64,000 nt of DNA. It comes from Granulicella sp. Its GTDB lineage: Bacteria; Acidobacteriota; Terriglobia; Terriglobales; Acidobacteriaceae. Within the stretch, counting starts at the first letter, position 1, and every line of letters begins with the position of its first letter. A program made the position numbers and the translations under genes. The notes below the pieces were generated by a model. That model did not search any database. It had not been told where the DNA came from and saw only the letters and a program-made list of their open reading frames with translations. The stretch covers positions 32,001-96,000 of the forward strand of contig DAHWNL010000014.1 of the NCBI GenBank assembly GCA_027339965.1. Direction: 5' to 3'. Below, in pieces: positions 29,750 through 39,500 of the stretch.

Positions 29750-30340
29750 ATCAAAGTTCCTGCTCGCTTGGCTACGCTTAGCTTAGTCTTTTCTCTTGCC
29801 GCCAGTTTCGCCGCCTTTCGCCAAATGAGTGGTCCCATGAGTGGGACGAGCGGTGCTCAAAATGAGAAGCTCCTCAGCCCCCCGCTATGACGTCCGTCTC
29901 GCTTGGCGGAATCCACATCACCATCCACTACGGCTCGCCTGCCAAGCGCGGCCGGGTCATCGTGGGTGGTCTGTGCCCTACGGCCAGGTCTGGCGGACTG
30001 GAGCTAACAAGGCGACCAGCTTTGTGACTACCGGCGACCTGAAGATCGGCACGCTGCACGTGCCTGCCGGGAGTTACACGATGTTCACGCTGCCGCAGGC
30101 GCCAGGTACACCCTGGCAGTTGATCCTCAGCAAGAAGACCAGCGAGTGGGGCATTCCTTATCCCAGCGGCGATGATTTGGGGCGCACTCCGATGCACGGA
30201 GCCAAGCTGCCCAAGACGCAGCAGTCCTTGACCATCAGCTTTGAACACACCACCAAGCACTCCACGGAGCTACATGTCCGCTGGGAGAACACGGATGAGT
30301 CGGTCTTGATTCCGGCTGTGATCCAGGCTGTGAAGGAGGG
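29750..30340 (+). pseudogene. DUF2911-domain secreted protein, degraded
   Basis: Signal-like KVPARLATLSLVFSLAASFAAF preceded by ATC instead of ATG; LSP then frameshift near 29883; ITIHYGSPAKRGR..GGL then frameshift near 29974; PYGQVWRTGANKAT..VPAGSYTMFTLP..WG..Y..WEN. No stop at the expected end, so the 3' boundary is approximate. Confidence 0.75.
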
Positions 30341-30425
30341 CTCCGCAAGCAGAACCGGGCAAGCGAAGAGATGCGGGCAGGTCCTGCGCGCTCAAGACCG
30401 CGTGGGGCAGCCGACGTGGTCTACC

Positions 30426-30770
30426 TCAGCGCTCCCGCTGGGCGCGCCTCTCCTCAGCCTCGGCATTGAGCTTCTCCAGCGCCGAGGCTACCAGCTCCTT
30501 GGCTCCGCCGATGCCGGCCATGATGGCCTGCAGGTCCATCTTTGGCAACGTCGGGTTGCGCTCGCCGGCGCAGTAGACGCCGTGCTGGCCCACCAGCACC
30601 ATGGCATCGGTGAGTACATTCAGCGCGACGCTCAATCGCCCCCGCGCCTCGCCACGCATGAACTCCTCGCGCTCCAGTTCTTCGGCGCGCGCGTAAAAGA
30701 CGTCTCCGTGCCGATAGAACGGTGAGTGCCGGCTCTTGTCCGGTTCGGAACTTCGGTTGTCGTTCGCCAA
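30426..30770 (-). CDS. Hypothetical helical protein
   Basis: GAGGAGG RBS before TTG; protein-like composition (ALNVLTDAMVLVGQHGVYC); follows gcvPB on the same strand. Confidence 0.65.
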   Translation of the reverse strand: MANDNRSSEPDKSRHSPFYRHGDVFYARAEELEREEFMRGEARGRLSVALNVLTDAMVLVGQHGVYCAGERNPTLPKMDLQAIMAGIGGAKELVASALEKLNAEAEERRAQRER

Positions 30771-30864
30771 CGTGGCGCCTCCTCTGGAAAGATGACCGAT
30801 GGAAAGATGACCGATCAGGAAGAGGACCGGATCCTCCCGAAGCCTTCTTCGCTGCTGCGCAGCT

Positions 30865-32412
30865 TCATCTGGTCACTGGATTCAGCGACTCGGCCGCGGG
30901 GCTCTTCCAGCGCAGCACCGGCTTTCGCGCCGCGGAGGTCTCATCGAGGCGTTGCATCCGTGTCGTATGGGGCGCGGTGCGCACCAGTTCCGGGTTTTCT
31001 TCTGCTTCGCGCGCAATCTGCCGCAGCGCGTCGATCAAAAGATCCAGCTCCTCGCGGCTCTCGCTCTCGGTCGGCTCGATCATCATGGCTCCGGGAACCA
31101 CCAGGGGAAAACTGACCGTGTAGGCGTGGAAGCCGTAGTCGATCAGCCGCTTGCCCATGTCGCCGGTCTTGACGCCGGGCTGGCCGTCCTTGCGCTGGGA
31201 CTGCAACCGGTCGCTGAAGACCACCTCATGCAGGGAGGGCGACTTGTAGGGCAGATCGAAGACTCCCTCCAGTTTGGCCCGGATGTAGTTGGCGTTGAGT
31301 ACGGCATCCTCTGTGGTCTGGCGCAGGCCGTCCGGTCCGTTGGCCAAAATGTAGGCCAGCGCGCGGACAAACATGCCGAAGTTGCCGTACCAGGCGCGCA
31401 CCCTGCCAATGCTCTGCGGCCGGTTGTCGACCAGGCTGAGCGAGCCGTCGGGAAGGCTTCGAATGGTCGGCACGGGGAGAAACGATTCGAGGATCTGCTT
31501 GCAGGCCACCGGACCCGAGCCCGGTCCGCCGCCGCCGTGGGGCGTGGAGAAGGTCTTGTGCAGGTTCAGGTGCATCACGTCCACGCCGAAGTCTCCCGGC
31601 CGGGTCTTGCCCACCAGTGCATTCATGTTGGCGCCGTCCATGTAGAGCAGCGCGCCTTTGGCGTGCAGGATGTCGGCAATCTTGTGAATCTCACTCTCGA
31701 AGACCCCGATGGTGGAGGGATTGGTCAACATCATGGCGGCCACGTCCTGGTCCACCATGCGCTCCAGCTCGGCCAGGTCCACCATGCCCAGGGAGTTGGA
31801 CTTCAGGTTTGCCACCTGATAGCCGCATATTGCCGCCGTGGCCGGATTGGTGCCGTGCGCGGAGTCTGGAATGATGATCTTCTTGCGCGCGTCGCCCCTG
31901 GACTCCTGATAGGCGCGGACCAGCAACATCCCCGTGAGCTCTCCCTGCGCTCCGGCCGCCGGCTGCAGTGTAATCGCCTCCATGCCGGTGATCTCCAGCA
32001 GGCAGTCGCTGAGCAGCTTCATGATTCCCAGGGCGCCCTGGCTGAGCGACTCGGGCTGGTAAGGATGCGCCTCCGCGAGACCCTCCAGTCTGGCCACCGC
32101 TTCATTGATGCGCGGGTTGTACTTCATGGTGCAGCTCCCCAGCGGATACATCCCCAGATCGATGGCGTAGTTCCAGGTGGAGAGCCGGGTGAAGTGACGG
32201 ATGATCTCAATCTCACTCAACTCCGGCATCACGCCCAGGCCGTCGCTGCGCAGGGCGTCTCCCAGCAGCGCAGAGGCGTCCACCGCCGGAACGTCCAACT
32301 GCGCCAGGCGGTACGCCTTCTTGCCCGGAGAAGAGTTTTCAAAGATCAGATTCTCCTTCTGATTGACGTGCGTTGTGGCCTTCTTCGGCGTGCCCACAAA
32401 CCTATCTGACAT
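30865..32412 (-). CDS. gcvPB: Glycine dehydrogenase (decarboxylating) subunit 2
   Basis: YPLGSCTMKYNP, QPAAGAQGE, SAHGTNPA, YMDGAN, HLNLHKTFSTPHGGGGPG (PLP Lys), IEPTESES. Confidence 0.95.
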   Translation of the reverse strand: MSDRFVGTPKKATTHVNQKENLIFENSSPGKKAYRLAQLDVPAVDASALLGDALRSDGLGVMPELSEIEIIRHFTRLSTWNYAIDLGMYPLGSCTMKYNPRINEAVARLEGLAEAHPYQPESLSQGALGIMKLLSDCLLEITGMEAITLQPAAGAQGELTGMLLVRAYQESRGDARKKIIIPDSAHGTNPATAAICGYQVANLKSNSLGMVDLAELERMVDQDVAAMMLTNPSTIGVFESEIHKIADILHAKGALLYMDGANMNALVGKTRPGDFGVDVMHLNLHKTFSTPHGGGGPGSGPVACKQILESFLPVPTIRSLPDGSLSLVDNRPQSIGRVRAWYGNFGMFVRALAYILANGPDGLRQTTEDAVLNANYIRAKLEGVFDLPYKSPSLHEVVFSDRLQSQRKDGQPGVKTGDMGKRLIDYGFHAYTVSFPLVVPGAMMIEPTESESREELDLLIDALRQIAREAEENPELVRTAPHTTRMQRLDETSAARKPVLRWKSPAAESLNPVTR

Positions 32413-32515
32413 TCTTGCCTCTCTTCCAAATCTAATTTGCACTCCCCGGGGCCATGCCGGCGCTTTGGGGAGGCTCGGGTTGCGTCGTTCCAGGTTCACT
32501 GCCCGCTGCCCGGCG

Positions 32516-32878
32516 CTAAAACTCCTGTTCGTCCAGGCCGCTGCCGTCGGCGGAGTAACTGCCCGCCTCCGGCCCTTCCAGATCCTCTTCGCGCAGGCTG
32601 AGTGCGATCACGGTTCCGGATTCGAACTCTACGGTCAACGCATCCATCTCCTCCAGCGAAGCTTTGGCAACCATCTCGCCAATTTGCGCGCAGAGCGCAT
32701 TGCGGTACTGCGGCTCGGTGAACGCCAGGGAAAAATCCGCCAGCAGGATGTGGGGCCATGCGTAGAGGGTGAGCATAGGGCCGGGTGAGCCCGGCACGTC
32801 GCCAAAGCGCAGCCGCAGGTAGTCACCCACAAACTCCACAGCGGTAAGCTCTTGCCCTTCCAGCGCGCTCAGGTCCAT
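32516..32878 (-). CDS. Hypothetical acidic protein inside the gcv operon
   Basis: MDLSALEGQELTAVEFVGDYLRLRF... starts 2 nt after the gcvPA stop, with an AGGAG RBS inside the gcvPA end. Confidence 0.7.
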   Translation of the reverse strand: MDLSALEGQELTAVEFVGDYLRLRFGDVPGSPGPMLTLYAWPHILLADFSLAFTEPQYRNALCAQIGEMVAKASLEEMDALTVEFESGTVIALSLREEDLEGPEAGSYSADGSGLDEQEF

Positions 32879-32880
32879 GG

Positions 32881-34332
32881 CTATCGCGCTCCTGTGAAGG
32901 CTTGTTGGGGTTCGGACGGTGGTGCGATGGAGGAGCCGGGAACATAGAGAAGCGCGGCGGCAAGGTCGATCTGGGCGCGAGTGGTCAGCTCTGTGGCGCA
33001 CCACAGGGTAGCGCTTGCACCCAGCTCCGGGTACCACTTCTCCAGCGCCAGCCCCCCGACGATCTGCTGCTCCAGCAGGCGGGCGTTCATCTCCGCCGCC
33101 GGCTCCCGGGTGCTCAGCACAAACTCGTGGAAGTGGGGAGCGGAAAAGATCCGCTGTCCGCCCGCCGAGCCAAGCGCGGCCTCCAGATAAGCCGCCTTGG
33201 CCAGGTTCTGTTCCGCCAGTTCGCGTAGTCCCTGCTTGCCGTAAACGGTCAGGAAGATGGTCACCATCAGCGCCACCAGTGCCTGGTTGGTGCAAATGTT
33301 GCTGGTCGCCTTCTCCCGTCGGATGTGCTGTTCACGAGTGCTCAGCGTTAGCACAAAGCCGCGCCAGCCGTTGCCATCTGTGGTCTCGCCCACCAGGCGT
33401 CCGGGCATCTGGCGCAGGAACTTTTCTTTGCACGCGATCACGCCGCAGTATGGCCCGCCATAGCCCACCGGTACGCCGAAGCTCTGGGCTTCGAGCGAGA
33501 CGATATCCGCCTCCACCGGGGCTCGAACGATGCCCAGACTGACAGCTTCGGCGATAGAGACGATCAGCAGCGCTCCCTTGCGATGCGCAATCTCCGCGGC
33601 GGCGGCCACGTCTTCGATCACTCCGAAGAAGTTGGGAGACTGGAGAAGGATGCAGGCTGTCTCGGAGGTGACTGCGGCGTCCAGCGCGTCCAGATCCAAT
33701 CGTCCGTCTTGCCGGGATTGGCCGGAGCCCGGGGCGATGTAGCCAACTTCGGTGATGGGAATTCCCTGATGCCGCGTCAAGGTGGCGAGCACCTCGCGAT
33801 ACTCCGGGTGTACCGTTCTCGCCACCACCGCACCCTGCCTTCCCGTGACGCGGCAGGCCATCAGCACGCTCTCCGCAGCGCCCGTGGAGCCGTCGTACAT
33901 GCTGGCGTTGGCAATCTCCATGCCGGTCAGCTCGCAGATCATGGTTTGAAACTCGAACATCGCCTGCAGCGTGCCCTGCGCGATCTCCGGCTGATAGGGG
34001 GTATAGCTGGTGAGAAACTCGCCCCGCTGCACCAGAGAATCGATGATCGCGGGGCGATAGTGCCGGTAGGCTCCCGCGCCCAGAAAGCTGGCTACGGACC
34101 GGCCTCCGGCGGGACGGGCCGCGAGCTCCTCGGCATCGCCGCTGGCCAGATTCGCGGCATAGGCGCGAAAGCGGTCCAGGATCTCCGACTCCGCGTGCTG
34201 TCGCGGAATTCTTAGATCCCTCTCCAAACGGTACTCCGCCGGTATGGTCTCAAACAGAGATCCGATGGTGGAGACGCCGATCTCGGTGAGCATCTCCTGG
34301 CGTTCCGCCGCGGATTTGGGTAGATAACGCAT
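32881..34332 (-). CDS. gcvPA: Glycine dehydrogenase (decarboxylating) subunit 1
   Basis: [57 protein letters not shown]. Confidence 0.95.
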   Translation of the reverse strand: MRYLPKSAAERQEMLTEIGVSTIGSLFETIPAEYRLERDLRIPRQHAESEILDRFRAYAANLASGDAEELAARPAGGRSVASFLGAGAYRHYRPAIIDSLVQRGEFLTSYTPYQPEIAQGTLQAMFEFQTMICELTGMEIANASMYDGSTGAAESVLMACRVTGRQGAVVARTVHPEYREVLATLTRHQGIPITEVGYIAPGSGQSRQDGRLDLDALDAAVTSETACILLQSPNFFGVIEDVAAAAEIAHRKGALLIVSIAEAVSLGIVRAPVEADIVSLEAQSFGVPVGYGGPYCGVIACKEKFLRQMPGRLVGETTDGNGWRGFVLTLSTREQHIRREKATSNICTNQALVALMVTIFLTVYGKQGLRELAEQNLAKAAYLEAALGSAGGQRIFSAPHFHEFVLSTREPAAEMNARLLEQQIVGGLALEKWYPELGASATLWCATELTTRAQIDLAAALLYVPGSSIAPPSEPQQAFTGAR

Positions 34333-34352
34333 CGGTTCGGTTTCCTCTCTCT

Positions 34353-34407
34353 TGGCTGCCGGCTTGTGGCTGCCGGCCTGTGGCTGCCGCTTGTGGCTGG
34401 CCGCTTG
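34353..34407. repeat. Degenerate 7/14-bp tandem repeat (TGGCTGC-CGGCTTG) x about 4
   Basis: tggctgccggcttg tggctgccggcctg tggctgccgcttg tggctggccgcttg in the gcvH-gcvPA spacer. Confidence 0.8.
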
Positions 34408-34572
34408 CCGTCTTGACATGGTCGGTCCCGCAGCCTTCCAAGTGGCCGACCAGAGGTCTTGCATCCGCCGCATCGGCCCCGGAGGTGATGAGGACGGGGA
34501 GCAAGCGGCCCGGAGCCTGTGCCGACCACAAATCTCCTGTCTGCCGGCATCGCTGCTCCCGGCAGTTGGTTT

Positions 34573-34959
34573 TTAGTGGCCGGACTCCTCGGCAACAAAC
34601 TTCTGATACTCGGCTGCGCTCAGCAATCCTTCAGCCGGAGATCCTTTGGCCGCGAGCCGGATGATCCAGGTCTCGTTGGCTGCCTTGTTGATGGTCTCCG
34701 GCGTGTCGTTCAGCGCGGAGTTCACCGCCGTCACGGTTCCCCCGATCGGGGTGTAGAGATCGCTCACGGCCTTGACCGACTCTACCGACCCAAAGGTGGC
34801 GCCGGCCTCAAACTCCTGCCCGACCTTGGGCAGTTCGACGAACACAATGTCACCCAGGGAATCCTGCGCGTAGTCGGTGATGCCCACCGTGGCGGCGCCA
34901 CCCTCCAGCAGCATCCACTCGTGCGATTTGGCGTAACGATAGTTTTCAGGGTAGCTCAT
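34573..34959 (-). CDS. gcvH: Glycine cleavage system H protein
   Basis: SHEW, VGITDYAQDSLGDIVFVELP, lipoyl site VESVKAVSDLY. Confidence 0.96.
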   Translation of the reverse strand: MSYPENYRYAKSHEWMLLEGGAATVGITDYAQDSLGDIVFVELPKVGQEFEAGATFGSVESVKAVSDLYTPIGGTVTAVNSALNDTPETINKAANETWIIRLAAKGSPAEGLLSAAEYQKFVAEESGH

Positions 34960-35223
34960 GATTCCTCTCAGGTTCCAGCGTGTGGCGCTGCTTCAATTTT
35001 AGGCAGCCCGGCGGTGAAAAGCGAACGCCGCAGGCCGAGACAGACAATGGGTACCTTTGGCCTGCCCGGGGGCAGGAAGCAGACCTCGACTCGTCGGCTG
35101 CGATGGGTGCCGGAGGCATGGCCGGTTAGATCCGCCGGCGGGAGGCGGCCTTCGTTTCTCGATCGCGGCTCAGCCGGAAGAGGAGCCGTGCTTGCAGATC
35201 CACAAACTTTCTGTCTTCACAAC

Positions 35224-36393
35224 CTAACCCAGCACAGCCGGGGCAGTCACGCCCTTCGTGCGTTTATAGAACGGGGTGGGAACCACCACCGCTTTTATCT
35301 TCTGCCCCCGAATCTCCACGCCGACCTCCGTGCCCGGCTCTGCAAAGGCCATGGGGACGTAGGCCAGAGCGATGTTTTTCTTGAGGAAGGGCGCGGGGGA
35401 GCCGCTGGTGATGGTTCCGATGGGCTCGCCCTGAAGGTTGAGAACCGGGTAGCCGTCCCGCCCGATGCCGCGCTCGACCATCTCCAGCCCGACCAGGCGC
35501 TTGATGGGGCCGCCGTTCTGCTGCACCTGAAGAAGCGCCTCGCGGCCCAGAAAGTCCGCGCCCTTGTCCAGCTTGCAGTAACGCCCCAGATTGGCCTCCC
35601 AGACGTTGATCGATTCGGAGATCTCGTGCCCGTAGAGCGCCATGGCCGACTCCAGACGCAGGGTGTTGCGCGCGCCCAGGCCGCAGGGCAGGATGCCGAA
35701 CTCCTCTCCTGCGGAGAGCACCTCAGCCCAAACCCGCGCGCCGACCGCTTCATCGGAGGGGACGTAAATCTCGAAGCCATCTTCGCCGGTGTAGCCGGTG
35801 CGGGCGATCAGCACGTTATGCAGGCCGCAGACCTGGCCCCAGGTAAACCAGTAGTTTTTGATCGGCGTCAGGTCAACGGGGGTGACCTTCTGCAGCGTGG
35901 CCATGGCTTTGGGCCCCTGGATGGCGATCTGGGTGTAGTAGTCGCTGACGTCGGTGATGTGCAGCCCGCCCATGCCGCTCAGAGTCTGGCGTACCCATTG
36001 GACATCCTTATGACGGGTGCCGGCGTTGATCACGATCAGGTAGTCGTTCTCGCTGAGCTTGTGCAGGACCACGTCGTCCACGAAGGTTCCGTTGGGGTAG
36101 AGCATGGCCGAGTAGTGCGCCTGGCCGACCTGCAGTTTCGTGGCATCGTTCATCAGCAACTTCTGGACCGCGGCGAGCGAGTTGGGCCCGCGCAGTTGGA
36201 TGTCGCCCATGTGCGAGACATCGAAGATTCCTACGCCGGTGCGAACGGCCATATGCTCGTCGATGAGCCCGCTGTACTGCACGGGCATCTCCCATCCGCC
36301 AAAGTCCACCATGCGCGCCTTGTGCGCCAGATGCGTGTTGTACAGCGCTGTGCGGCGCAGCGCAGCCGCTGCAATGGATTGGGTATCGCTCAT
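35224..36393 (-). CDS. gcvT: Glycine cleavage system aminomethyltransferase T
   Basis: MVDFGGWEMPVQY, FDVSHMG, ARTGYTGEDGFEIY, GLGARNTLRLE, PFYKR. Confidence 0.96.
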   Translation of the reverse strand: MSDTQSIAAAALRRTALYNTHLAHKARMVDFGGWEMPVQYSGLIDEHMAVRTGVGIFDVSHMGDIQLRGPNSLAAVQKLLMNDATKLQVGQAHYSAMLYPNGTFVDDVVLHKLSENDYLIVINAGTRHKDVQWVRQTLSGMGGLHITDVSDYYTQIAIQGPKAMATLQKVTPVDLTPIKNYWFTWGQVCGLHNVLIARTGYTGEDGFEIYVPSDEAVGARVWAEVLSAGEEFGILPCGLGARNTLRLESAMALYGHEISESINVWEANLGRYCKLDKGADFLGREALLQVQQNGGPIKRLVGLEMVERGIGRDGYPVLNLQGEPIGTITSGSPAPFLKKNIALAYVPMAFAEPGTEVGVEIRGQKIKAVVVPTPFYKRTKGVTAPAVLG

Positions 36394-36592
36394 GAGTGTC
36401 TGCCTCTGCTCCGGGCGCTCCGCCGCCTGGACGCAGCGCGCTCGAACACAGTCAAACGATATCAAACGCCAGCCCCCGGGCGCGAACGGCCGCCCGGTGG
36501 AACCGCGCGTTGCCGGGAAGCATTCCCGCAAAGCAGTTTTTCGCGCTCGCTCCCGGTGGCCGTGAATCGAACCTTCGGGCGTTCCTGCCGGG

Positions 36593-39500
36593 CTATTTGA
36601 CAGCGAGCGTGAGCACGGTGGAGTGCGTCAGCGGGCCGCAGGTGAGGGTTACGGTGATGTTGTAGGTCTGGGGATCGATGGGGAAGGCTACGTTGTCTCC
36701 ACAGCCGCTCAGGGTTGCGCTGAGGGCGATTCCGGCGGCGAGGATCAGCAGCAGAGCGATCTTCTGAGAGAACTTCCTGGCGGAGCGGCGAAGCGTCAGA
36801 GCCAGGGGCAAAAGGAAGATCGCCCACACCACCGGCTGCCCGCCGCCGGCGCGCTCCCGGGAATGCAGCCGCGACGTCTGGATCAGATCCTGAACCGGGA
36901 CGTTGAAGGTGAACGACAGCGGATTGAGCTTGATGTTGGCGGGAATCTGCCAAGAGGTTGCGGTTATTTTTGTCCACGGTTGGGTGTTGAGCGTGACCGT
37001 TCCGTCTGGGGCCAGGCCGGTGACAGAGAGCAGAGATGCCTCAGGGAGGCTCGTGCCGATGTTGGGGATGACCGCAACCTGAAACGTCGCCGCCACTTTG
37101 GGGAGAACTGTCTGCATGGCGCCGGTGCTACCGGTAGGCGCCAGGCGAAAGTCGATTAAATCTTCCGTAATGGGGGCGCTGCTCAGAGCAAGGTAATCCG
37201 TTGAGCCGCCATAGACCGCGGTGATGGTGTCCGCCCCGGGGGGAAGAGACGAGGTAGAGAAGCTGGCTATGCCCCCGGTCAAGGCAGAAGTGCCCAGAGC
37301 GGTTGTTCCATCCATCAGCGTGACGGTCCCGGTCGGCGTACCGACGGTAGAGACCACAGAGACGCTAAAGTTCACGGGAGATGTCGCCAGCGTCGAGCTG
37401 GGTGCGCCGGTGAGGTTGATGGCCGGAGTGGCGGGCTGGATGATCAACGTTCCGGTTGTGGAGCCCGTATAGTCCGAGTTGGTCACTGTGGCCGTGACGG
37501 GGTAAGATCCCGCAGCCACTGGTGGAGAGACGTTCCCTGAGTAGGTTATGCGGACGCCGATGCCCGTGGGGTTGGTGGTCGCCGTGGCGGAGAGCGGTGA
37601 GCCGGAGTAGATCTGCACCAGGTTGCCCAGAGTGATCGCCGCTGTGGCTTGATTCACCGTGAGGGTTGTGGAGCCGGTGGCGGGGTTGTAGTCGGCAGCA
37701 TTGGAGGGCGTAAAGCTGACGTTGAGCGTCTGCTGGCCGACGGATGGCACCGCGCCGGCGGCTGGAGAATAGACGTAAGTTCCTGCCACCGATGCGTTGT
37801 TGAAGCTCGCGGAGGCGTCAAGCTGTGTGCTGCTCAAGGCCGTGCCGTAGGCGATGGCCGCGGGAGCGGCCCAGAGGATGGTGGGGGTTGCCTTGGCGAT
37901 GGTGATCACGCCGGTGGCCGTGCCCGTGTAGTTGGTGCTGTTCACCGTTGCGGTAACGGTGTAGGTTCCGGCGTTGGTGGGAGGCGTGGGCGAGGCCGGG
38001 TACGCCGTGCCGCCCGTGCCGGTGTAGGTGAGGGTGACAGGCAGGTTGCCAGGGTTGGTGGTGGCTGTGACGGAGACGGGCGCGCCGGTGTAGGTCTGCG
38101 TCGAGCTGCCTACCGTCACGGTTGCTGTGGCTTGATTGACGGTCAGGCTGCCGTTGGCCGAGGTGGCTGTCCCGTAGTCGCCCGCGGCCGCAATGGTTGC
38201 AGTCACCGTGTAGGGAGTCGTCGATGCCGTCAGGCTTGCGGGGGGGACGGAGGCCGTGCAGGTCACCAAGCTCTTCGATGCTGGGCTACAGGTTGCCGGG
38301 GCGGAGACGCCCCCAGCGCTGATGCTCACGGTTTCAGTGGAAGGCGTGCTGCCGGAGTAGGCAACCGTCACTGACAAGGTTGTGGATGCTCCGTAGGTGG
38401 TGGACGCTGGGTTGGTGGGGGACAAGGTGAGCGTCGGCGTTGCCGCGCTCACGCTGATGCTGAAGGGCGCGCTGGTCACGGCCAGATAGTTGCCGCCCTC
38501 AGAGCTGCTGGCCGTCACTGCGCATGTGCCCACGCCGACATAGGCTACGGTGGCGCCACTCGCTGTGCAAACGCTTGGGGTGGAGCTGCTCAGCGTGGGC
38601 GTTCCGTAGTAGCTTCCGGAGAAGGTGACCGTTGCCGAACCGCCGTAGATGCCCGAGGTCGGGCCGGTGATGGTCAGTGTGCCCGGCGCCGGGCTGATGG
38701 TCAGCGTCGCGGTGGCGGAGGTGCTAGCGACCAGGTTCGTCGCTCCGCTATAAACCGCCGTCACGGTGTAGCCGCCGGCTGCGGCTCCAGCAGGAATCGT
38801 ATAGCTGGTGCTGGCCGCGCCGTTGCTTACCGGTATGTTGCTGACCGCCGAGCCGATGAGGTTGCCTCCGTTGAAAACCTTGAAGGTGAAGGTTCCCGCG
38901 TTCACCGTCGTGCTGCTGTTGGTGGTGTCTGTGACGGTTGCCGAGAGCGTCACGGACTGCGGGCTGGTGCTGAAGGTGGGCTGCTCAGGGACGACTACTG
39001 TGGTCGCCGTCGCGTCCATACCAGAGGAGCCGCTCAAGAAGGCCGTCTGCTGGAAGGATGGCAGCGAGTTCAACGCAGCCTGATAGGAGTTATCCGTCAG
39101 GGTGACGGTGCTGGTCAACGATCCGGGCGTCTGCGGAGCAAACTCGTAGCTGAGCGCGCAGCCGAGGCCAAAGCCGAGCGAGAAGCTGGTGGAGCAGGCG
39201 GAGTTCGCTCCAGCCTGCTGGACGAAGTCGGTGCTGTCGCTGGCAGCGATTCCCGGCTTCACGGCCTTCAGATCTTGGTTGCCGATGTCGGTCAGGGTGA
39301 CGGTTTCAACGCCGTCGGTGGTGTCGGTGGAGCCGACGGGAGTCGGCGTGGGGAAGGGCATGGTTGCCGCTGTGGATGCAATCTCTTCGAGACTGCCTTC
39401 GCTGGTTGCGGTGAGGTAGAGATCTCCGGCGGCGTCCAGGGCCACGCCGCCGCCGGGCGTCAGCGCGGCCTGAGTGGCTGGAATGCCGCTGTTGCTCTGG

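Noticed and set aside
29841..30725. 294-aa ORF as an intact gene
   Set aside because: Only the middle is DUF2911-like. The start is out of frame with the real N-terminus and the tail runs antisense through 30426..30770.
36394..36592. Glycine riboswitch expected upstream of gcvT
   Set aside because: No GGAGA...CCGAAG...CTCTCAGG aptamer pattern on the minus strand. The CTCTCAGG near 34965 is on the wrong strand and is simply the gcvH RBS region.
34519..36600. 693-aa plus-strand ORF, and similar long antisense ORFs at 30952, 40889, 44768, 54555 and 56187
   Set aside because: These are shadows of well-supported genes on the opposite strand, common in GC-rich DNA, with no recognisable motifs.
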